A stretch of 64,000 nt of DNA from Gammaproteobacteria bacterium (GTDB lineage: Bacteria; Pseudomonadota; Gammaproteobacteria; Eutrophobiales; Eutrophobiaceae): NCBI GenBank assembly GCA_965243205.1, contig CBDEUK010000002.1:512001-576000 (forward strand), in the 5' to 3' direction. Numbering within the stretch: the stretch's first letter is position 1; each line of letters opens with the position of its first letter. The position numbers and the translations under genes were made by a program. Below are positions 53,696-64,000 of the stretch, in pieces. Below the pieces are notes generated by a model that did no database searches, was not told the origin of the DNA, and saw nothing but the letters and a program-made list of their open reading frames with translations.

Positions 53696-53712
53696 GCGGG
53701 CGCTTTATACCA
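53696..53712 (-). promoter_or_regulatory. rpsB extended -10 promoter with GC-rich discriminator
   Basis: TGGTATAAAGCGCCCGC on minus strand. Confidence 0.75.
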
Positions 53713-53759
53713 TACCGTTCCATTAACAACAATCATCGATGTGGTCAAACTGACGAAAT

Positions 53760-54527
53760 ATGGCGATCTCTATCAAAAACGCTGAACAAATTGAAAAAAT
53801 GCGTGTTGCAGGCAAATTAGCGGCCGAGGTTCTGGGAATGATCGAATCTCATGTACAAGCTGGCGTGACTACGGATGAACTCAATACCATTTGCCATGAT
53901 TACATCGTCAATGAGCAAGATGCCATTCCTGCTCCTCTTAACTATCATGGTTTTCCAAAATCTATCTGTACCTCAGTGAATCACGTTGTTTGCCACGGCA
54001 TTCCCAATGAAAAACGTTTAAAAAATGGCGATATCATTAATATCGATATTACTGTTATTAAGGATGGTTTTCATGGCGATACCAGCAAAATGTTTTTTGT
54101 CGGCGAACCATCAATCAAGGCAAAACGATTAGTAGAAGTTACCTATGAATGCATGAAACGTGGTATCGAGTTAGTTAAGCCAGGTTGTCAGCTTGGTGAT
54201 ATCGGCTATGCCATTCAAAAATACGCAGAATCCCAAAAATATACTGTCGTAAGAGAATACTGTGGACATGGCATTGGTGAGGTATTTCACGAAGACCCAC
54301 AAGTTCTACATTACGGGCAACAAGGAACCGGGGTTGAATTACAAGCTGGCATGACATTTACCATCGAACCCATGATCAATGCTGGGAAACGCCAAGTAAA
54401 ATTATTGTCTGATAACTGGACAGTCGTCACCAAAGATCGCAATCTTTCTGCTCAATGGGAACATACTATTTTAGTTACCGAAAATGGATACGAAGTCTTG
54501 ACCATACGTCCCGAAGAAAATTATTAG
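53760..54527 (+). CDS. map: Methionine aminopeptidase
   Basis: CTSVNHVVCHGIP, FHGDTS, GHGIG, FTIEPMIN, SAQWEHT. Confidence 0.97.
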   Translation: MAISIKNAEQIEKMRVAGKLAAEVLGMIESHVQAGVTTDELNTICHDYIVNEQDAIPAPLNYHGFPKSICTSVNHVVCHGIPNEKRLKNGDIINIDITVIKDGFHGDTSKMFFVGEPSIKAKRLVEVTYECMKRGIELVKPGCQLGDIGYAIQKYAESQKYTVVREYCGHGIGEVFHEDPQVLHYGQQGTGVELQAGMTFTIEPMINAGKRQVKLLSDNWTVVTKDRNLSAQWEHTILVTENGYEVLTIRPEENY

Positions 54528-54531
54528 CCTT

Positions 54532-57201
54532 ATGTCAGCGATACCCGATTTGAATGACTTAGATGAAGAAATTTTTGATGAACAACGTTTTATTAATGAA
54601 TTAAAAACATCTAAGTCTGATATTACCGTCTATAAAAAATTCCTAAATTCTGGGTTAGAAAAACTCAAACAAGGTTTCTTTGATGGTTGGAATAGTCGTG
54701 CCCTAGTTAACAAACAAGCAAAGCTAGTCGATCGCTTACTGTCTCATGCTTGGCAAAGCAAAATCAGTATAGAACAAACTTCTCTTTTAGCTGTGGGCGG
54801 CTATGGTCGTGGAGAATTGTGCCCTAGTTCTGATGTCGACATTATGCTTCTTCATAAAAAGAGCTTATCCGATAATGAAAAATCACAAATAGAAAATTTC
54901 TTAGTCATGCTTTGGGATATTGGCTTAGAAGTCGGCCATAGTGTACGAACTGTAAAAGACTGTGTTGTTGAATCCAAACAAGATGTCACTGTCATTACCA
55001 ATATCATGGAATCACGCATGATTGCAGGCAATGCCGAACTTTATGATTCTATGCGCAAAGCTATTGGACCTGAAAAAATTTGGAAACCCCATAAGTTCTT
55101 CGAAGCTAAGCTTGAAGAACAACAAAACCGCCATGGTAAATATAATAATAGTGAATACAAATTAGAACCCAATGTAAAAGAAGGGCCCGGCGGCCTTCGT
55201 GATATTCAGATCATTGGTTGGGTAGCAAAACGCCATTTTGGTGTGGCTCGTTTACATCATCTTATTGAGCACGACTTCTTAACAGAAGAAGAGTACCAAA
55301 CTCTGTCTAATGGCAGAGAATTTTTATGGCGAGTTCGCTATGCCTTGCACTTAATTACTGGACGTCGTGAAGACCGCGTCATGTTTGATTATCAAGCACA
55401 AGTTGCTGAAGTATTTGGTTATCGTGGTAAAAATAATGCAGGCATAGAGCAATTTATGAAGTTGTATTATAAAACGGTTTTTGAAGTTGCTCGTTTAAAT
55501 GAAATGCTATTACAACATTTCGAAGAAGATATTCTGTTTATTAGAAAAAAAGAAAAAAATATTTCTCTCAATAATCGTTTTCAAATCCGTAATGATTATA
55601 TAGAAGCCAAAAGTAAAAATGTTTTTAAAAAACGTCCAGGTGCTTTATTAGAAATTTTTTTACTCATTCAACAAAATCCTAAAATAAAAGGCGTTAGGGC
55701 CAGTACTATTCGATTAATTCGACATCATCTTGAATTAATCGATGATGATTTTCGTAATGATATCCGTAATAAAAGTTTATTTATGGAAATTATGCAACAG
55801 CAACGTTCTATTGGTCATGAATTACGACGCATGCATCGTTATGGTGTTTTAGGGCGATACTTACCTGCATTCGGAAAAATTGAAGGCTTAATGCAATTTG
55901 ACTTGTTTCATATATATACCGTAGCGGAACATACACTGTTTGTCGTTCGTAATTTACGCTTAGCGACACTTGAAGAAACCAGTGAGAACTTTCCTTTATG
56001 TTATGAATTGATGCAAAAAATTCCTAAGCCTCAACTATTATATCTAGCAGGTTTATTTCATGATATCGCAAAAGGTCGTAAAGGCGATCATTCCGATCTA
56101 GGTGCAGTAGATGCTTATGATTTTTGTATTGACCATGGTTTGAGTGAATTCGATTCAAAATTGGTTTCCTGGTTAGTGCAACATCATTTAACCATGTCAC
56201 GTACATCTCAACGTGAAGATATCGATGATCCTGAAGTTATTCATCGTTTTTCTAAAATCGTTGGTAATAGAGAACGGCTAAATTATCTCTATCTTTTAAC
56301 AGTTGCCGATCTCAATGGTACTAACCCTGAATTATGGAACAGTTGGAAAGATTCATTACTGAGAAAATTACACAACAGCACGCAACGTGTATTACGACGA
56401 GGTATTGAGGAAACCGTTGATCAAGATTTACAAATCAAAGAAATCAAAACTGCTGTAAAAAGTTTATTAAGATCAAGAGTTATCGAATCGACGGACATCA
56501 ATTCTATTTGGGATAACTTTGCAGATGATTTCTTTCTTCGTCATAGTCCAGATGAAATCGCTTGGCGAACAGAAAAAATAGCCGCTCATAAAAACTTTCA
56601 AGAGCCTTTAGTCGTAGCTCGAAGTAAAACCGAGCGTGGTGGCAGTGAAATTTTCATTTATATGGCTGACCAAGATAATATCTTTGCTACTAGCGCCAGA
56701 GTTATGAAACAACTTGGTTTAACTATTCTTGATGCAAGAATTATTACATCTAAACATGGCTTTACTATTGATAGTTATATTGTTCTTGAACGTGACGGTA
56801 ATTTTATAGGTAATAAAACCAGTAAAAAAGAAATCACCGATACGTTAAAAAATGCGTTAAAAAATCTTGACGTTGTTACTGCTAAAGTTTCCAGATTAAA
56901 TGAGAGAAATTTAAAACCGTTTAAACGCTCGACAAACATTAGTTTTTCAAAAGATCAAACTCGAGACTGGACAATCATGGAAGTGACTACGATGGACTAT
57001 CCTGGCCTTTTAGCTTCAATAGGGATTGGATTACAGCATTGTGGTGTCAGCTTGCATGGAGCAAAGATTGCAACTCATGGCGAATTAGCTGAGGATATTT
57101 TTTATATTACTTATAATGGAAAACCTGTTGATAATGATCAAATAAAGCTAGATTGTTTAACAAACTCCATTACGGAAAGCATTGAAAAATATCAAGCATA
57201 A
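54532..57201 (+). CDS. glnD: PII uridylyltransferase
   Basis: AVGGYGRGEL..SDVD, KEGPGGLRD, FHDIAKGR, two ACT domains. Confidence 0.96.
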   Translation: MSAIPDLNDLDEEIFDEQRFINELKTSKSDITVYKKFLNSGLEKLKQGFFDGWNSRALVNKQAKLVDRLLSHAWQSKISIEQTSLLAVGGYGRGELCPSSDVDIMLLHKKSLSDNEKSQIENFLVMLWDIGLEVGHSVRTVKDCVVESKQDVTVITNIMESRMIAGNAELYDSMRKAIGPEKIWKPHKFFEAKLEEQQNRHGKYNNSEYKLEPNVKEGPGGLRDIQIIGWVAKRHFGVARLHHLIEHDFLTEEEYQTLSNGREFLWRVRYALHLITGRREDRVMFDYQAQVAEVFGYRGKNNAGIEQFMKLYYKTVFEVARLNEMLLQHFEEDILFIRKKEKNISLNNRFQIRNDYIEAKSKNVFKKRPGALLEIFLLIQQNPKIKGVRASTIRLIRHHLELIDDDFRNDIRNKSLFMEIMQQQRSIGHELRRMHRYGVLGRYLPAFGKIEGLMQFDLFHIYTVAEHTLFVVRNLRLATLEETSENFPLCYELMQKIPKPQLLYLAGLFHDIAKGRKGDHSDLGAVDAYDFCIDHGLSEFDSKLVSWLVQHHLTMSRTSQREDIDDPEVIHRFSKIVGNRERLNYLYLLTVADLNGTNPELWNSWKDSLLRKLHNSTQRVLRRGIEETVDQDLQIKEIKTAVKSLLRSRVIESTDINSIWDNFADDFFLRHSPDEIAWRTEKIAAHKNFQEPLVVARSKTERGGSEIFIYMADQDNIFATSARVMKQLGLTILDARIITSKHGFTIDSYIVLERDGNFIGNKTSKKEITDTLKNALKNLDVVTAKVSRLNERNLKPFKRSTNISFSKDQTRDWTIMEVTTMDYPGLLASIGIGLQHCGVSLHGAKIATHGELAEDIFYITYNGKPVDNDQIKLDCLTNSITESIEKYQA

Positions 57202-57207
57202 TTGCTC

Positions 57208-57888
57208 ATGTTAGTTTCTCATCCTCCACAAAGTGAAACTGAATTGCTAACAAGAGCAGAATCGTTAGCCGGTATAAAATTACAAGATATTGCAAAGCAA
57301 TTACAAATACCGGTACCAGATAATTTAAATCGTATCAAAGGTTGGGTTGGTGAGTTATTAGAGTCTGCACTAGGAGCAACTGCATCGACTTTACCAGAAC
57401 CAGACTTTCAATCATTAGGTATTGAACTAAAAACCATCCCAGTTAAAAATAATGGGCATCCTAAAGAATCAACTTTTGTTTGTACCGTTAATCTTCTCGA
57501 AGCTCATAAATCAGATTGGCAAAACTCAATCGTAAAAAAAAAATTACATCGTGTTTTATGGATACCTATAGAAGCTAACTCTGAAATTAAATTAAAAGAT
57601 CGTCGAATTGGCCAAGCTTTACTTTGGAGCCCAACCGAACAACAAGAATCCATTCTTAAAAGCGATTGGGAAGAGATCATGGAATTAATTAGCTTGGGTC
57701 AACTTGATACAATCAGCACTTCTATTGGACAATATTTACAAATACGACCAAAAGCGGCGAATGCAAAATCTTTATGCGATGCCTTTGATAAAGAAGGCAA
57801 TAAAATTAAAACATTACCTCGTGGTTTTTATTTACGCAGTCTATTTACACAACAAATATTACAACAACATTTTCATTCCATAGCCTAG
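57208..57888 (+). CDS. mutH: Mismatch repair endonuclease MutH
   Basis: KGWVGELLE, PDF..LGIELKTIP, LQIRPKAAN, PRGFYLR. Confidence 0.92.
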   Translation: MLVSHPPQSETELLTRAESLAGIKLQDIAKQLQIPVPDNLNRIKGWVGELLESALGATASTLPEPDFQSLGIELKTIPVKNNGHPKESTFVCTVNLLEAHKSDWQNSIVKKKLHRVLWIPIEANSEIKLKDRRIGQALLWSPTEQQESILKSDWEEIMELISLGQLDTISTSIGQYLQIRPKAANAKSLCDAFDKEGNKIKTLPRGFYLRSLFTQQILQQHFHSIA

Positions 57889-57895
57889 TCGTAAC

Positions 57896-58903
57896 ATGAA
57901 TATCGCTCAAGATTCTCATCAACTATCTTTAGCTCCTATGATGGATCGTACCGATAGACATTTTCGGTATTTCATTCGTTTAATTTCATCGAATATCCTG
58001 CTGTATACAGAAATGATAACGACAGGTGCTTTGATCCATGGCGATCGAAAGAAATATTTAAAATACGATCCAATTGAGCACCCAGTTGTTTTACAACTAG
58101 GCGGTTCAAATCCAAAAGATTTATCGAGCTGCTCAAAAATGATCGAAGATGAAGGTTATGATGAGATCAATCTAAATGTTGGCTGCCCTAGTGAACGAGT
58201 TCAAGCAAATAAGTTTGGTGCTTGTTTAATGTTTGAACCTAATTTGGTAGCAGAATGTATTCATGAAATGCAATCTTCTGTTTCCATACCCGTCACCGTT
58301 AAATGCCGCACAGGTGTTGATGATAAAGATCATTATGATGATTTATATCAGTTTATTGAAACCGTCAATAAAGCTTCATGTGATACTTTCATTATTCATG
58401 CTCGTAAAGCTTGGTTATCAGGATTAAGTCCGAAAGAAAATCGTGAAGTACCACCACTAAATTATCAAACTGTACATCAAATAAAACAGGACTTTCCAAA
58501 TCTGAATATTGAAATCAATGGTGGTTTTACAGAACTTAATGAAGTAGTAGAACAATTACAACATGTTGATGGAGTAATGATAGGCAGAGCGCTTTATCAT
58601 AACCCTTACTTATTAGCTGAAGCGGATCAATTGATTTATAAAACTGAGTCCAAACTTAAGAGTCGAAATCAAATTATGGAACAGATGTTAAGTTATATTG
58701 AAAAAGAATTAATGGTTGGAACAAAACTCAGTAATATCACTCGGCATATTTTGGGTTTGTATCATAACCAACCGCATTCAAGATTATTTAGGCGTCACTT
58801 AGCTGAAAACGCTTACCGGGATGATGCTGATACCGCCGTTCTTAAAACGGCACTAGGATTTGTCGAAACTGTAGAACCTGCTGAAGCTTTAGTCAGAATT
58901 TGA
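57896..58903 (+). CDS. dusA: tRNA dihydrouridine synthase DusA
   Basis: APMMDRTDRHFRY, NLNVGCPS, HARKAWLSGLSPKENR. Confidence 0.95.
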   Translation: MNIAQDSHQLSLAPMMDRTDRHFRYFIRLISSNILLYTEMITTGALIHGDRKKYLKYDPIEHPVVLQLGGSNPKDLSSCSKMIEDEGYDEINLNVGCPSERVQANKFGACLMFEPNLVAECIHEMQSSVSIPVTVKCRTGVDDKDHYDDLYQFIETVNKASCDTFIIHARKAWLSGLSPKENREVPPLNYQTVHQIKQDFPNLNIEINGGFTELNEVVEQLQHVDGVMIGRALYHNPYLLAEADQLIYKTESKLKSRNQIMEQMLSYIEKELMVGTKLSNITRHILGLYHNQPHSRLFRRHLAENAYRDDADTAVLKTALGFVETVEPAEALVRI

Positions 58904-59220
58904 GCAATTTCATTTTTCATGGTTTTTGGCGACTGAGAATAAGCCTCAAACAATCGTGTTAAATTTTTACATAAAGACGATAATTGATTTGGGTCTTCAA
59001 GAATCTCTGTCTGTCCTGACAAAATTTCAGATAACGCAAAAATAACCGCAGGTGTGGTATTTAATTGGTCGGCCAAGCGTTTAAGCTGTAATGGACCAAA
59101 TCCCGCACCGCGTTCAATTTTAGAAATATTACCGCGATTAATGCCTGTTAATCGCTCAAGTTCACGTATACCAATCCCTTTAGAATTGCGTAACTGACGA
59201 ATAATCTTACCAATAATCAT
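58813..59220 (-). CDS. XRE/Cro-family HTH regulator
   Basis: IGKIIRQLR..KGIGIRELERLTGINRGNISKIERG; GGGAG RBS. Confidence 0.8.
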   Translation of the reverse strand: MIIGKIIRQLRNSKGIGIRELERLTGINRGNISKIERGAGFGPLQLKRLADQLNTTPAVIFALSEILSGQTEILEDPNQLSSLCKNLTRLFEAYSQSPKTMKNEIAQILTKASAGSTVSTNPSAVLRTAVSASSR

Positions 59221-59420
59221 ATAATTAACTCCCTTCTCTTTTCCCAAATAGCGGCTAAAACCAAGCTAATATCAATGTGATTGTTACTGATATCGACATT
59301 TTTCATATTTACTTAATATTTTTTTGACAGGATTCAATCAGATACCCCTTGGACACAACTATGAACTATGGGAAGATGCGCGACTCTCAAACAGCGACGT
59401 TATTTAACATGAGGTTTCCA

Positions 59421-60086
59421 ATGAAATATTTTTTACTTTTCTTATCAACTAGCTTCGTCATGGCAGGCGCTTCAGCTGAAGTCACTCTAGATACCGAACA
59501 AAAAAAATTCAGCTATACCGTTGGTATTCAGATTGGTAGTAATTTAAAACAAGGCGATGAAATCGACCTTGATGCACTCAATGCTGCAATCAAAGATGCT
59601 TATACAGGCAATAAATACCAGCTTACGGTTGAAGAAATGCAAGCCGTTATGGGCAAATACCAAGAAAAACAATTTGCTCAACGAATCGAACAATCTACTG
59701 ATAATAAAAAAGCAGGTGATGCATTTTTAGAAGCTAATAAAGCCAAAGAAGGCGTTTCCGTTACTGACAGTGGCTTACAATATAAAATCATTAAAGCTAG
59801 TGATGGGAAAAAGCCAACTGCGAGTGATAGTGTGAAAGTTCATTATCATGGCACCTTAATTGACGGTACTGTCTTCGATAGCTCTGTTGAACGCGGAGAA
59901 CCTATCGTATTTGGTGTTGGTCAAGTTATCAAAGGCTGGCAAGAAGCATTACAATTAATGCCTGTCGGATCAAAATGGCAGATTTATGTACCATCGGAGC
60001 TTGCTTATGGCGAACGAGGTGCTGGTGCTAAAATCGGACCTAATGCAACATTAATCTTTGATGTTGAATTACTTGGAATTGAATAA
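59421..60086 (+). CDS. FKBP-type peptidyl-prolyl isomerase (Mip/FkpA/FklB-like)
   Basis: Signal peptide, SGLQY, VHYHGTLIDGTVFDSS, LAYGERG, LIFDVELL. Confidence 0.93.
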   Translation: MKYFLLFLSTSFVMAGASAEVTLDTEQKKFSYTVGIQIGSNLKQGDEIDLDALNAAIKDAYTGNKYQLTVEEMQAVMGKYQEKQFAQRIEQSTDNKKAGDAFLEANKAKEGVSVTDSGLQYKIIKASDGKKPTASDSVKVHYHGTLIDGTVFDSSVERGEPIVFGVGQVIKGWQEALQLMPVGSKWQIYVPSELAYGERGAGAKIGPNATLIFDVELLGIE

Positions 60087-60092
60087 TCAGTA

Positions 60093-61067
60093 TTAATTTT
60101 TCTGACACATAGCAACCGATAGTTCATCGGTTGCTATGTAATTAGGATAATTTAAACAAATTTTATTAATAACTCCTTCAACGGCGTTAGCAACTAATTC
60201 AGGTTGCTCCGCATAGACTAAATGTCCACTATCTTCTGCAATGACTTGGGATGAATCTGTACTCAAATCCAATAACTCTTTCTGTAACTGCTTCCATATT
60301 TTTTCTTGTTGATCTCCATAAGGTGTATCTGGCCACACACGCTTTGCACGAGTAACAATCACTAAAGGTACATCCAATTGTCTTTTCACTTGACTCACTT
60401 GTACCCCACTCTGAGTAAAATTTAAAAACTCACGTTGTTGAGTACGTATCGATTTATCAGAAGATAAGAATTGGCCCGCTTGAATGCGATAGGGCTCAGG
60501 GTAGTTTCTCAATATCCTCGGATCAAACATAGTAGTTAAACGTTGTCTGCTTTGACTTTTTGCCGCTTTTAGAGGGATATCAGGCAAACGACTAAATTGC
60601 TCTGGATGCGATGATTCAACTAACACTAATCCTGCAACCAATTTTGGATATAATTTACTAAAATATTGGACATTAAAGCCTCCGAACGAATGCCCCACCA
60701 ATACATAAGGCGGTGCTAAATCGGCCTTCATTAACAGCTCATGGAATTCGTCGACAATTTGCTCTGTCACACGAGGTGATGGTCCTTCATCACTCCAACC
60801 ATAGCCTGCTCTATCATAGGTGCAAATAGTCGACACATCCTTTAATTTATATTGGACTTTGAGCCAATCCATTGAGAAACCACCAAGACCTGAATCAAAA
60901 ATAACAACTGGCCGCCCTTTTCCTTCACAATTGATATGTAATTGATATCCATCAATATCGACCATTTTGCCAAATGGCGTAATTTCTTCAAATTCTTGTG
61001 CCAACAATCCATCTATGAAAAGAATTAAAGAAAAAATGACCAATAATTTAATACGTCTCAAATTCAT
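60093..61067 (-). CDS. Secreted alpha/beta hydrolase
   Basis: YDRAGYGWS, GHSFGG nucleophile motif, SGH. Confidence 0.9.
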   Translation of the reverse strand: MNLRRIKLLVIFSLILFIDGLLAQEFEEITPFGKMVDIDGYQLHINCEGKGRPVVIFDSGLGGFSMDWLKVQYKLKDVSTICTYDRAGYGWSDEGPSPRVTEQIVDEFHELLMKADLAPPYVLVGHSFGGFNVQYFSKLYPKLVAGLVLVESSHPEQFSRLPDIPLKAAKSQSRQRLTTMFDPRILRNYPEPYRIQAGQFLSSDKSIRTQQREFLNFTQSGVQVSQVKRQLDVPLVIVTRAKRVWPDTPYGDQQEKIWKQLQKELLDLSTDSSQVIAEDSGHLVYAEQPELVANAVEGVINKICLNYPNYIATDELSVAMCQKN

Positions 61068-61082
61068 TTTTATAAAGTATTG

Positions 61083-62399
61083 TTATTTTTCGTAAACAAC
61101 TCGCCAAATTCTGCCTTGAACTGAATCAGATATATACAAAGAACCATCTTCGCCGACAGCTAATCCCGTTGGGCGATATTCTGCATCCTGTGGCGATCCG
61201 ATAGGAGTATCTCCAATAAAACCATCTGCAAATACACTCCAATCCTTTGACAAACCTTCTTCGCCTTTCGGAACAAATACTACTTGATAGCCAACTTGTT
61301 CAGTTGCATCCATTAAGTATGAACCGTGAAAAGCAATAAATACTCCGCCTTGATAGTTTTCTGGAAATTGAGTGCCGTCATAGACTACTAAATCGTTTGG
61401 ACCATAATGGCCAGGAAATGCAATCACCGGTTTCGGGAACTCAGAACATTGTTCAACTTTTTTTCCATCCCCTTTGTATTCTGGTGCTAAAACATAAGTA
61501 TCATTAAACTGATCAAAATAACAATAAGGCCATGCATAGACCTCATTCGGATTTACTTCGATTAACTCTTCAGCCGGTAAACGTTCTTCATCTATTTCAC
61601 TAAAATGTTCTGGCCAAAGCTCATGCAAATGATCACGACCGTGTTGAGCGATGAATAGTTTATTTAATTCTTTATGCCAATCGATGGCGTAAGCATTTCG
61701 AATACCCGATGCATACCTTTCTGCATTTTCAAATGTTTGGTGGGTTTTCTTTGCATCAAACTTCCAAATACCAGCAAGTCGCTCAAGCTCATGACAAGGA
61801 TTTGGAGAAAATTCACCGGCTTTACGATCATTGACCTGACAAGCATTGCTATTTGAGCCAATATTTATATACATATTCCCAATTCCATCAAATGTGAAAG
61901 GCTTACCTGAATGCTGCTGCTGTTTAGGTAAACCACTCATGACTATTTCAGCTGGCATTATTGGCATAACCTTATTGGGGTCTAAGGAATACCGAATGAC
62001 CTCAGTATCAGACGCGAAATACAGATAATCTTCATATAAACCTATACCCATTCCAGGCGCTTCGCCCATTCTTGTTACTTCATCTAAAAAATAATCGTCA
62101 TTAGAATCGGACAAAACCAATATACCGCCTATATTTAGACTACGATTACGTAAACTGGCGTAAATTTGCCCGGCATCACGAACCGCAATATGACGCACTA
62201 TTCCAAGGTTATCCGCAATAACCTTAGCGCAAAACCCTTTCGGCAACGTCAAACCACCATTGTCATGGTCACATTGAAATTTTTTATTCAGAATATCGGT
62301 ATTTTCGTGATGGGTATCACATGAAATTAACGTTGATAAAGCAATGAACAAACCAGGAATTAATGTAATAACATTCTTCTTCATTTTTAGTATTGTCAT
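61083..62399 (-). CDS. Glucose/sorbosone dehydrogenase-type (PQQ beta-propeller) lipoprotein
   Basis: Lipobox LISC, GIRNA, HGRD, YAWPYC, AFHGS, RPTGLAVGEDGSLYISD. Confidence 0.85.
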   Translation of the reverse strand: MTILKMKKNVITLIPGLFIALSTLISCDTHHENTDILNKKFQCDHDNGGLTLPKGFCAKVIADNLGIVRHIAVRDAGQIYASLRNRSLNIGGILVLSDSNDDYFLDEVTRMGEAPGMGIGLYEDYLYFASDTEVIRYSLDPNKVMPIMPAEIVMSGLPKQQQHSGKPFTFDGIGNMYINIGSNSNACQVNDRKAGEFSPNPCHELERLAGIWKFDAKKTHQTFENAERYASGIRNAYAIDWHKELNKLFIAQHGRDHLHELWPEHFSEIDEERLPAEELIEVNPNEVYAWPYCYFDQFNDTYVLAPEYKGDGKKVEQCSEFPKPVIAFPGHYGPNDLVVYDGTQFPENYQGGVFIAFHGSYLMDATEQVGYQVVFVPKGEEGLSKDWSVFADGFIGDTPIGSPQDAEYRPTGLAVGEDGSLYISDSVQGRIWRVVYEK

Positions 62400-62647
62400 G
62401 CGGTTTATTCACACTGGCTGTAATGGTCAGTTAGACGACATTCTTGTTTATTAGTGAACCTATTTGAACCAAAATAGTTCAATCCTACTCAGAATATCAA
62501 CAATAATAGTGTAATAGAACACATTTCTACGGCTAGACTTTCCTGAAAATAATCATGGAACGAGTTATACTTAGCACTGGTCTAGCAATAGATTTGATTT
62601 ATTTTGAACATAAAACAATTTTTTAGAACCATACAACAGTGAACATA

Positions 62648-64000
62648 ATGCTTAAACGAATCTTTATCTTATTAGCAACCTCTATTTCTCCATTTCTTGT
62701 GAACGCTGCTATAAATTTTGTTCCAGAATCAGAATTGAACCCAACTGCATTACAAGCTGAATCCACAGAAATTATCCGACACTTATTAGAAACTTATCAT
62801 TATAAAGAACATGAGCTCAATGATGAATTATCAGCCCGAATCCTAAAAAATTATTTAGAAAGCCTGGACTCAAATCGAAGCTTTTTTCTTAAAAGTGATA
62901 TCGATACATTTACAAAAAATTATCGTTTACAGCTTGATGATTACATTGATGAACTCGACCTAACCCCCGCATATGAAATATTCAAAATTCACCGTCAACG
63001 CGTTCAGCAACGTGTAAGTTATGCTCTGGAGTTATTGAAACAAAAGCATGATTTTACTGTGGACGAAGAATTTCAATTTGACCGACGTGAAACCGAATGG
63101 CCTTCTACAATCAAGGAACTTGACGAGACTTGGCGCAAGCGTGTTAAAAACGATATTTTGAATCTACAGCTTTCTAAAAAACAAACAGAAGATATTACAG
63201 ACACCTTAGCAAAACGCTATAAGCGAATACTTGATAGTACCAATCAGTTGAACCGTAACGATATCTATCAATCATTCATAAATGCGTATACATCTGCGAT
63301 AGAGCCTCATACTGCCTATTTCTCACCACGTATTTCAGAAAATTTTGATATCAGTATGCGTTTGTCATTAGAAGGGATTGGTGCCGTGTTGCGCTCAGAA
63401 AGTGATTACACTCAAATCCAGAGAATCATCCCAGGTGGTCCTGCTGATCTAAGCGAACTACTTAAAGCTGATGACCGCATTGTTGGTGTTGGTCAAGGTA
63501 TTGATGGTGAAATTGTTGATGTCGTTGGTTGGCGTTTAGATGATGTCGTCGATCTTATCCGCGGCCCTAAAGGTACTGATTTACGTTTAGAAGTTTTACC
63601 CAATGAATCTGGATTAGAAGGTCCTGCTAAAATAATTTCTTTAAAGCGTGATGAAATTAAATTAGAGGAATCGGCCGCTAAATCGAACATTATCGATATG
63701 CCAAATAGCGATACCAAAATTGGCGTTATCGAATTAGAAAGTTTTTATGTAAATTTTGAAGCATACGCAAAAGGAGAAAAAGATTATCGCAGCACCACAC
63801 GTGATGTAAGAAAACTCCTAAAGGAATTAGAAACAGAAAATATTAGTGGGCTAGTGATTGATCTTAGGGGCAACGGTGGCGGCTCTTTAAGTGAATCGAT
63901 GAGTTTAACAGGCCTATTCATACCTGAAGGACCAGTTGTCCAAACTAAAGATTCTAATGGCCGCATTGATATCAATAAAGATCCAGATCCAGATATTGTA
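62648..64000 (+). CDS. prc: Carboxy-terminal processing protease Prc/Tsp (3' end outside window)
   Basis: Open frame MLKRIFILL..HY..EPHTAYFSP..LSLEGIGAVL (PDZ)..IDLRGNGGGSL; absent from the ORF track because it has no stop in the window. Confidence 0.92.
   Translation, partial: MLKRIFILLATSISPFLVNAAINFVPESELNPTALQAESTEIIRHLLETYHYKEHELNDELSARILKNYLESLDSNRSFFLKSDIDTFTKNYRLQLDDYIDELDLTPAYEIFKIHRQRVQQRVSYALELLKQKHDFTVDEEFQFDRRETEWPSTIKELDETWRKRVKNDILNLQLSKKQTEDITDTLAKRYKRILDSTNQLNRNDIYQSFINAYTSAIEPHTAYFSPRISENFDISMRLSLEGIGAVLRSESDYTQIQRIIPGGPADLSELLKADDRIVGVGQGIDGEIVDVVGWRLDDVVDLIRGPKGTDLRLEVLPNESGLEGPAKIISLKRDEIKLEESAAKSNIIDMPNSDTKIGVIELESFYVNFEAYAKGEKDYRSTTRDVRKLLKELETENISGLVIDLRGNGGGSLSESMSLTGLFIPEGPVVQTKDSNGRIDINKDPDPDIV

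Noticed and set aside
57896-59220. dusA-associated genomic island
   Set aside because: No integrase or att duplication seen; only a lone XRE gene.
63493-63975. Two short minus-strand ORFs
   Set aside because: Antisense to prc.

Overview
AT-rich chromosomal window from a Gram-negative bacterium, most likely a gammaproteobacterial methylotroph (inferred from gene content). The right half (33.4-64 kb) is mostly the conserved core block tilS-accA-dnaE-rnhB-lpxB-lpxA-fabZ-lpxD-skp-bamA-rseP-dxr-cdsA-uppS-frr-pyrH-tsf-rpsB / map-glnD, followed by mutH, dusA, an FKBP, a hydrolase, a sorbosone-type dehydrogenase and the start of prc. The left half holds tonB+TPR, a REC-Ser/Thr kinase, an ALDH-like gene, a heavy-metal-type RND pump and ndh. 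The most interesting part is about 14-32 kb, a candidate lanthanide/PQQ methylotrophy locus. It contains: a TonB-dependent receptor with a 150-residue, 43% acidic N-terminal arm; three homologous secreted proteins with PEP-CTERM-like anchors (two from a near-identical tandem duplication); a sigma54 two-component system facing a standalone pqqA missed by the ORF track; a lanthanide-type xoxF; and a non-canonical ExbB/ExbD-like module. The anchored-protein genes and xoxF appear to share one promoter architecture (CCTA-N22/23-[-10]). No rRNA, tRNA, CRISPR array or transposase was seen. All family assignments come from motif recognition by eye, not database searches.
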